Source of the DNA: a virus
Lineage: Duplodnaviria; Caudoviricetes
Strand: one strand, 5' to 3'
Length of the DNA: 25,248 nucleotides
Virus record (IMG/VR): IMGVR_UViG_3300017778_003833
Location: 1 to 25,248 of that record
Shown here: positions 1 through 5,634 of the stretch, in pieces
Numbering within the stretch: the stretch's first letter is position 1
Layout of the letters: each line of letters starts with the position of its first letter
Position numbers and translations under genes: made by a program
The notes under the pieces: generated by a model
The model's input: only the letters and a program-made list of their open reading frames with translations
Told to the model about the DNA's origin: nothing
The model's database searches: none

Positions 1-165
1 GAATGTGTTCTTTGAGTTACCGTCAGGTAAGAAGCGCAGGTTTGCACTTGATCCTTCGGGCATGTTCCAGTGTGGGTAAATTGCGTTGTCGCCGCCTTGG
101 GATTGACCGCCTTTGTTCGACTCAGCGGCTGCGAGTCGTGCGCGGATTTCTGCTAATGAGGCCAT
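1..165 (-). CDS. gp32: Single-stranded DNA-binding protein, T4 gp32-like (5' part only, runs off the window)
   Basis: Not in the ORF track. Manual translation from ATG at 165 gives MASLAEIRARLAAAESNKGGQSQGGDNAIYPHWNMPEGSSANLRFLPDGNSKNTF. The 'LRFLP' motif and N-terminal helix are typical of gp32-family SSBs. SD AGGAGA at 173-178. Confidence 0.85.
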   Translation of the reverse strand, partial: MASLAEIRARLAAAESNKGGQSQGGDNAIYPHWNMPEGSSANLRFLPDGNSKNTF

Positions 166-236
166 AAAGTTTTCTCCTATAAATGCCTAAGTGTGCCTAA
201 TATGTCTTGCGACATGATGCCTATACACGTCAATAA

Positions 237-267
237 AAAGCGCATACACATGGAGTATATGCGCTTT
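237..267. repeat. 10-bp perfect inverted repeat overlapping the SSB promoter
   Basis: AAAGCGCATA(237-246)-11 nt-TATGCGCTTT(258-267). Confidence 0.8.
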
Positions 268-282
268 CTGCCTCTGTGTCAA
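254..282 (-). promoter_or_regulatory. Sigma70-type promoter for the SSB gene
   Basis: Minus strand reads TTGACA(282-277)-17 nt-TATACT(259-254), which is near consensus. Confidence 0.85.
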
Positions 283-285
283 ATT

Positions 286-291
286 TATTTA
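286..291 (-). promoter_or_regulatory. Late-promoter box TAAATA upstream of SSB
   Basis: gaTAAATA in the intergenic gap just after the stop of the 495-aa gene. The same motif recurs at 10 other junctions. Confidence 0.55.
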
Positions 292-293
292 TC

Positions 294-1781
294 TCAGATC
301 TTGCCTATTAACTGTTTTAATCTTGCCAAATCCTCTCCGGATTCACGCAGGGAGGATTCATACATTCCACATTCTGCTAGACCATGCGTTGGACATTCTT
401 CACCTTCGGCGGTCATATTGCATTCACCATCTTCAAAGGTTGCCAGATTATCGGCTTCAGAAGTGGGCTCAGGTTGTGGTGCTTGTGGTGCTTGTTGTGG
501 TTGCTGGTCAGACCGTGTGAGCTGTGCCATGACTTTGGCCACACCTATGTCTGCCTTTAGTTCTTCTAGGCGTGCCAAGATAATGGGTTTGGCATCGGCT
601 TCGGCATCTACATTGGCTAGATCATCTAATTGATCAAACAGTTCGTCGTCGCCTATGATATCATAGAGCTGTGCAGTTATGTCTTCGGCGTCGGCACCAA
701 CTGGCAGTGTGGGTTGATTTAATAAGTCAACTAGAGTTTGTTGTGCTTCGGGAGTGTCCGGCAATGCCCAAGTTCCTTCAATGACTTTTTGCATGTGGTC
801 TGCAAATTCTTGTGTTTCTTTCATGGCATCTGTCCTTTGTAATCTTGCCAACATAGGCAAGGCCTGCTCAATTCTTGTATCCAGAGTCTGTTCAATAAAC
901 AACTGTTTGAGTTCTTCAACCAGAGTATCTTCTTCACGAAGATCCAAGGGCTGCCAAGATTCAAAGTATGAGTTGTAACCACGGTGTGTTGAGAGGCCTT
1001 TGATTGTTTTACGTAGACTTTCAAAGTAAGTGTTGCTGCGCTCAACTAAATCGTTGGCATGCCCTTCGAACACACGACCATGGTGTGCTTTTCTAAAACG
1101 ATTTAACACAGCAAGTTCTTCCACAATTGAACTGATGTGTGTGCCACGTGGATCATAAGGGCGTCCGGCATTGCGAACATGCTCAAGCATGGCACGACCG
1201 CCTGCTAGATTACGGAACGGCAGTTTAAAACGTTCACCATCGGTGGTTTCAATATACAGGGATTCAACATAGCGGAATCTTGCATCACCTTCGGCAAGAT
1301 CACGATTGTGTTTGATCATCAGTCTAGCTTCGGTAGGCGCACCTGCATAACTGACTTTGCGGTTACCATAGTAACTTTCTAGGATGCTTTCTTTCACTGC
1401 ACTCATTGAGCGCAATGCATGCTTGAGTTTAGAGATGTTGCCTGGGGAAAAATTTAACCAATTTCTCGTGGCAAAGTTTTTCAATTGCTCCATGAACGCA
1501 TACCACTCATCTTTGTCCTCGGGATCCATGCCACGCCCAAGATTATCGCCGTAGTATAAGTTAAGAGTGCCCTTGGCATCAATAAAGATTTCAGCAGTTC
1601 CGTAATTTTTGCCTGAGTTTGCGACCCAGTCAAAAACGAATAGATCGCCTTCGCCAATATTTGTTTCCCCGGTGTCAGAATCAACAGGAGGATTACCAGT
1701 TTTAGTGTCATACGTCTCTACTTCAAAATCTCTTGAAGCAAGTAAATCATATAGTCTGCTAGCGGGGGTTTCGGTGGACAT
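294..1781 (-). CDS. Hypothetical 495-aa protein, probably virion/head-associated
   Basis: Long ORF. Start reassigned to MSTETP (ATG 1781) because the track's start at 1862 lies inside terL and a TAAATA box sits 7 nt upstream of 1781. Acidic C-terminal half, CNM..ECPTHGLAEC motif and an LARLKQL tail. Confidence 0.8.
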   Translation of the reverse strand: MSTETPASRLYDLLASRDFEVETYDTKTGNPPVDSDTGETNIGEGDLFVFDWVANSGKNYGTAEIFIDAKGTLNLYYGDNLGRGMDPEDKDEWYAFMEQLKNFATRNWLNFSPGNISKLKHALRSMSAVKESILESYYGNRKVSYAGAPTEARLMIKHNRDLAEGDARFRYVESLYIETTDGERFKLPFRNLAGGRAMLEHVRNAGRPYDPRGTHISSIVEELAVLNRFRKAHHGRVFEGHANDLVERSNTYFESLRKTIKGLSTHRGYNSYFESWQPLDLREEDTLVEELKQLFIEQTLDTRIEQALPMLARLQRTDAMKETQEFADHMQKVIEGTWALPDTPEAQQTLVDLLNQPTLPVGADAEDITAQLYDIIGDDELFDQLDDLANVDAEADAKPIILARLEELKADIGVAKVMAQLTRSDQQPQQAPQAPQPEPTSEADNLATFEDGECNMTAEGEECPTHGLAECGMYESSLRESGEDLARLKQLIGKI

Positions 1782-1788
1782 AGTGTTG

Positions 1789-1794
1789 TATTTA
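1789..1794 (-). promoter_or_regulatory. Late-promoter box TAAATA fused with the terL stop codon
   Basis: cgaTAAATAcaacactATG. Confidence 0.7.
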
Positions 1795-3357
1795 TCGACC
1801 CAAGGATATAAAGGGCATAGGTTCAATGATGGTATCGCCGTGATCGCGAATTTGAGCATCAAGCTCGGTGTGATAGCTCTGTAATTGCTGCAGCATGCGC
1901 ACTGTGAGTATAGTGGCCATGACTAAGTCATCAGTTTCTCCCATTTTGGCCTTGTAACTTGGGCCGTTGGCTACAAAGGTTTTTAATTCTGACACCAAAT
2001 TCCGACTGTTGATTTTCATACGCCCAGATTCCACTAGATTCTTGAGTTTGGCGCAGGCTGCTAGTTTGGTTTTGTTTGAGGTATTGAACCCTTTGCGCAT
2101 TTTACGAGATCCTGCACTGCTGTTATCACTCAAAAAGTATCCCTTGATACGCTCTTCTCCCCACTCAGCAATGCTGATCAATGCTGCCTCGCCAATGGCA
2201 TTGTTCTCAACACTGTAGTAGATGCTTTGTTCGCTTTTGACTACATCGTGAATAATGTCAATTATGTCGGCCATGATACGTATCTGTGTTGGAATGTCTG
2301 TTTGATTGTGGCGCCACTCGGCAACTTGATCGGTGGTATTGGCTTCAAATACTTGGATAGCAGCAGGATCGCCCCCGGTACCTACACTGGGGTCTAAGGC
2401 CACAACGTAGATATTATTGGGGTTGATCTCTTTGTACCAACGCACTTGTCCAGTTTTACGCATGGGTTCACGCCCTTCTAGATCCAGCAATTTAATAGCA
2501 GAGATCAAGGTTTCATCATCAATGACGAATTCGCATTCCATCTCCCGGCGGAAGCGTTCTTCACCAAGTGCTGCACGTTGTTGTGAGGCCCACTTTTCAT
2601 CTCTGTCAGGATGCTCTTGCCACTTTGCTCTAAATGCCTTGAATCCGTTGATGCCTATGTCAGTGGGGTTGCCATATTCATCTTCACACTTGTTGGCACC
2701 TTTCCACAGAAAGGCAAATTGATCTTCGTCTGAGTTGGGGGTTGATGTGATAATTGCTTTACCACCAGTGGCCAAGGTGGGGCTGATAGAAGTCCAGAAC
2801 TCTTTGGCTATTGTGGGACGTACAAAAGCAAATTCGTCAGCGTACAGTAAGGATATACTCATACCACGACCAGTGTTTTCTGTTGTGGTCTGCGATGCAA
2901 TACGAGATCCGTTGTCAAAATCAATAGATCCTTTGTTATAACTCACTACCCCGGCTCTGATATGATCTGGGCAAGACTCATATCCATAGCGAATACGCTG
3001 CATGATTTCCTGTGCGCCTAGATACTTGTGTGCTGCTACTAGAATAGTTGAATCAGGAATAAACATTGCATACCACAACAAATAACCCGCAGCCACGGTA
3101 CTTTTACCAGTTTGTCTGGGCATCAGCGATATTGAAAAACGGTTATTGTGGTACGTGTCAATCAGTCTGAGTTGATACTCAAACGGGTGTAACAACATCC
3201 TACCACGAGTGGGATGCTGTATGTAAAAGAAGTTGTCTAGGAAGTAAGTTGGTCCAGTTACCGGATCAGCGCACCGCATGAATTCTTCAATCTGTTGCTC
3301 ACTGAAGATTGTGGGCGTATGCGCTTTTTTGACCAGTGCTGATTCTAATGTGCTCAT
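1792..3357 (-). CDS. terL: Terminase large subunit (T4 gp17-like), 521 aa
   Basis: Walker A PRQTGKST, Walker B LLYADEFAF, coupling motif ITSTPN, nuclease acidic motifs VALDPSVG and DDLVMA. Start set at MSTLES (ATG 3357). Confidence 0.96.
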   Translation of the reverse strand: MSTLESALVKKAHTPTIFSEQQIEEFMRCADPVTGPTYFLDNFFYIQHPTRGRMLLHPFEYQLRLIDTYHNNRFSISLMPRQTGKSTVAAGYLLWYAMFIPDSTILVAAHKYLGAQEIMQRIRYGYESCPDHIRAGVVSYNKGSIDFDNGSRIASQTTTENTGRGMSISLLYADEFAFVRPTIAKEFWTSISPTLATGGKAIITSTPNSDEDQFAFLWKGANKCEDEYGNPTDIGINGFKAFRAKWQEHPDRDEKWASQQRAALGEERFRREMECEFVIDDETLISAIKLLDLEGREPMRKTGQVRWYKEINPNNIYVVALDPSVGTGGDPAAIQVFEANTTDQVAEWRHNQTDIPTQIRIMADIIDIIHDVVKSEQSIYYSVENNAIGEAALISIAEWGEERIKGYFLSDNSSAGSRKMRKGFNTSNKTKLAACAKLKNLVESGRMKINSRNLVSELKTFVANGPSYKAKMGETDDLVMATILTVRMLQQLQSYHTELDAQIRDHGDTIIEPMPFISLGR

Positions 3358-3361
3358 ACCA

Positions 3362-3580
3362 TTATTTACTAATGGGCAGTTCACCAGTTAGATAAGGCAA
3401 ACTGAACCAGAGTTGAAACCATTCAGGGGTGCCGGGTTGAATATTGTGTTTGCGTTGTAATTCAGCTTTTTCAGTGCCAGTTATACTGATATTGGATCCT
3501 TCGGGCGTATATGCTGACATGCGAGCGTTGTTGGCAAATGATCTAACACCTGATAATTCAATCAGACGTTCTAGAGTCAT
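3362..3580 (-). CDS. Small hypothetical protein (72 aa)
   Basis: ATG 3580 overlaps the nuclease stop (ATGA coupling). Sequence MTLERLIELSGV...IQPGTPEWFQLWF. Fills the gap exactly. Confidence 0.75.
   Translation of the reverse strand: MTLERLIELSGVRSFANNARMSAYTPEGSNISITGTEKAELQRKHNIQPGTPEWFQLWFSLPYLTGELPISK
3363..3368 (-). promoter_or_regulatory. Late-promoter box TAAATA for terL
   Basis: agTAAATAatggtATG, 5 nt before the start codon. Confidence 0.7.
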
Positions 3581-4014
3581 TGGCACCAACTTGTTTTGGC
3601 TTCGCCGTAGTATTCTCTGGCATAGCCATTGGCAATCAACATGCCACGCAGGCTTTGTCCGTTGAGTATGACATCGCCCAGCACTCGGCCACCATATTTG
3701 TCCCAGTCCATGATCACAATTTGGCGCTGAGTGGCTTGTGCAACGGCTGCTTTGGTAAATGCTGACGCTGCTTCACCGCGTTGTGCTTCACTAGCACAGG
3801 CAGCACGATGTCCTTTTTCAGGAGTATCCACCCCAAACACTCTAATGCTGAGTTCTTTTTTTAGTGGATCTGGCAAGAACGGTGCGTGAAATGCCACGGT
3901 GTCGCCGTCTATAACTCTGGTGATCTGTGCGTCATAGATCACTCCGGGTTTTTGTTTGGGTTGGGCCATGGCCAGCACAGGCACGACGAGTAAGAGTAGG
4001 AAAAGTTTTTTCAT
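3577..4014 (-). CDS. Thermonuclease (staphylococcal nuclease-like, SNase) with N-terminal signal peptide
   Basis: VIDGDT, IRVFGVDTPE, DKYGGRVLG and LIANGYA are SNase motifs. MKKLFLLLLVVPVLAMA is a Sec signal with an A-M-A cleavage site. Confidence 0.92.
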   Translation of the reverse strand: MKKLFLLLLVVPVLAMAQPKQKPGVIYDAQITRVIDGDTVAFHAPFLPDPLKKELSIRVFGVDTPEKGHRAACASEAQRGEAASAFTKAAVAQATQRQIVIMDWDKYGGRVLGDVILNGQSLRGMLIANGYAREYYGEAKTSWCQ

Positions 4015-4067
4015 TTGGTGTTTAATTATGCATGTGATGTTGTCGTATAGTGGAGGTGGGTTGGCCA

Positions 4068-4451
4068 TTATCTTGGATATCCTTTAAACGCCCTGACAGG
4101 GCTTTGTGTCAACACCGATGCAGGTTCCAGACTGTTTGGCGAGCTGATTTGTACTTTTTTAGCAGGCAAGCCGGCCATTTTTAGAGCCTGATCAATCATT
4201 GGTTCAACCGTGGCATCAAATCCAGCAACCACTGCTTCTTCTCCAAACGCGGCACGTGCCGACCAGTCTGGCATGTGGGGGATTGGGTCATCGCCAGCGT
4301 CACTTCTAGCACGGGCTACGGCCACGCCCAACCGATATATCAGATATGGATCGCTGGATTGTACCCCAGGCAATACAAACACATGATTCATGGGGTCTGC
4401 TTGCTCAGGGGGCAAAGTTGCTTGTTCTGTGATAAATTCACGTGCTCTCAT
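4068..4451 (-). CDS. Hypothetical protein (127 aa), putative internal head protein, paralogue of 4448-4816
   Basis: N-terminus MRAREFITE and C-terminus SPVRAFKGYPR. ATGA coupling with the upstream gene. Confidence 0.8.
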   Translation of the reverse strand: MRAREFITEQATLPPEQADPMNHVFVLPGVQSSDPYLIYRLGVAVARARSDAGDDPIPHMPDWSARAAFGEEAVVAGFDATVEPMIDQALKMAGLPAKKVQISSPNSLEPASVLTQSPVRAFKGYPR

Positions 4452-4816
4452 CTGGCGTAACCCCGGAACGCTTTGACAGGGCTTATTTTGTTTGTTGTTT
4501 CTAGTTCCATGCTGCGCAGATCACCTCGGTTGAGATCTTTGTAGGCTGCACCCACTGCTTGATAGGCTTTATTCAGAATGTCTTGTTCTTGTTGGGTGTA
4601 AGGATGTGCAGTTCGATCATTGCCGGCCCAACTTTGACTGTCAATGTCCGGAACAAATGTTCCATCAGTTGCGGCTGCAGCCATCATCACACGATTTAAT
4701 GTGTAGTCGCTGTCAGTTCTTGTTCTATCCCAAAAAGTGTTTAATCCCCGGCTAGACTGTTTTTGTCTTGCAGTGGGACGTACATGGTTTTCGGCTATGA
4801 ATTCATGCGCTCGCAT
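4448..4816 (-). CDS. Hypothetical protein (122 aa), putative internal head protein
   Basis: N-terminus MRAHEFIAE (TGATG overlap with the upstream stop) and C-terminus SPVKAFRGYAR. Confidence 0.8.
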   Translation of the reverse strand: MRAHEFIAENHVRPTARQKQSSRGLNTFWDRTRTDSDYTLNRVMMAAAATDGTFVPDIDSQSWAGNDRTAHPYTQQEQDILNKAYQAVGAAYKDLNRGDLRSMELETTNKISPVKAFRGYAR

Positions 4817-5112
4817 CACAGTGCCTGTATGGAATTTGATCCTGAACTTGCTGTGCCTACTTCTGATGCGGTGGCATTGCCACTGATGATGGTAAGGAAG
4901 TTGCCCACACCAACAAATGCTGTGAACATGGTATTAGCCGGCACCACAACTGCGTTGCTGTAGATAGTGTCAGAGGTAACACCGCCATTGGCTAAATTTG
5001 CGATGTTGACTTGATAGGTCACTGAGTTAGTACCGGTATCAATTCTAACTTTGTCGGTGTACCATGCTACATTGGTTAAAGCACCTGAATAAACATTGGC
5101 TTGACTGGACAT
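4816..5112 (-). CDS. Hypothetical beta-rich small protein (98 aa), possibly structural
   Basis: ORF tiles the operon with a purine-rich AAGGAAAAAAG leader. T/V/N/S/G-rich composition. Confidence 0.7.
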   Translation of the reverse strand: MSSQANVYSGALTNVAWYTDKVRIDTGTNSVTYQVNIANLANGGVTSDTIYSNAVVVPANTMFTAFVGVGNFLTIISGNATASEVGTASSGSNSIQAL

Positions 5113-5129
5113 TCTTTTTCCTTTTTATA

Positions 5130-5633
5130 TTACCAAGCTCGGCAACTCCAGTAGCGAGCACTTGTGCGCGGCCCTGGATTGGCACAATTGTGCCTTGCTC
5201 TAAAACTTTTGCGACGCTTGGGATTAGATTTTTTAATCTTCATGTTGGGATCGCCAAAGTTAACTTTAACCACATTGCCTTTTGCGTTCTTAACGTATAC
5301 TTTTGATTTTTTTACGTCACCAGCCATGGGCTTACCAAGTGACACTTCTCGTCCTTGATATTTGGCTTCACCAACTTCTTCTTCAGTGTCATAGTCATAC
5401 TGATTCATCTCAGTACCATCAATGTCAATCATCTTTTCGCCAAGCAGGCCATAGTTTTCTAATATGGCCATCATTTGATCGTCAGCGAACAATGTCACGC
5501 TGTCTGCATCTTCGGCTATGACATAAGTCTCCACCAATTGTTCTTCACGAATGTTGATGGCAAACGTATCACCTACCACAGGATTCTCTGCGGCATAGGC
5601 TGTTTCTGCTAGATAATCGCGGAAAGATTTCAT
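5130..5633 (-). CDS. Hypothetical protein (167 aa): acidic N-domain plus basic C-domain with Cys/His/Trp
   Basis: Start MKSFRDYLAE (ATG 5633, 1 nt after the upstream stop). C-terminal KVNFGDPNMKIKKSNPKRRKSFRARHNC...ARYWSCRAW. Confidence 0.85.
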   Translation of the reverse strand: MKSFRDYLAETAYAAENPVVGDTFAINIREEQLVETYVIAEDADSVTLFADDQMMAILENYGLLGEKMIDIDGTEMNQYDYDTEEEVGEAKYQGREVSLGKPMAGDVKKSKVYVKNAKGNVVKVNFGDPNMKIKKSNPKRRKSFRARHNCANPGPRTSARYWSCRAW

Positions 5634-5634
5634 A

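Noticed and set aside
1792-3357. Intron or intein in terL
   Set aside because: The ORF is continuous, of normal size (521 aa), with ATPase and nuclease motifs normally spaced.
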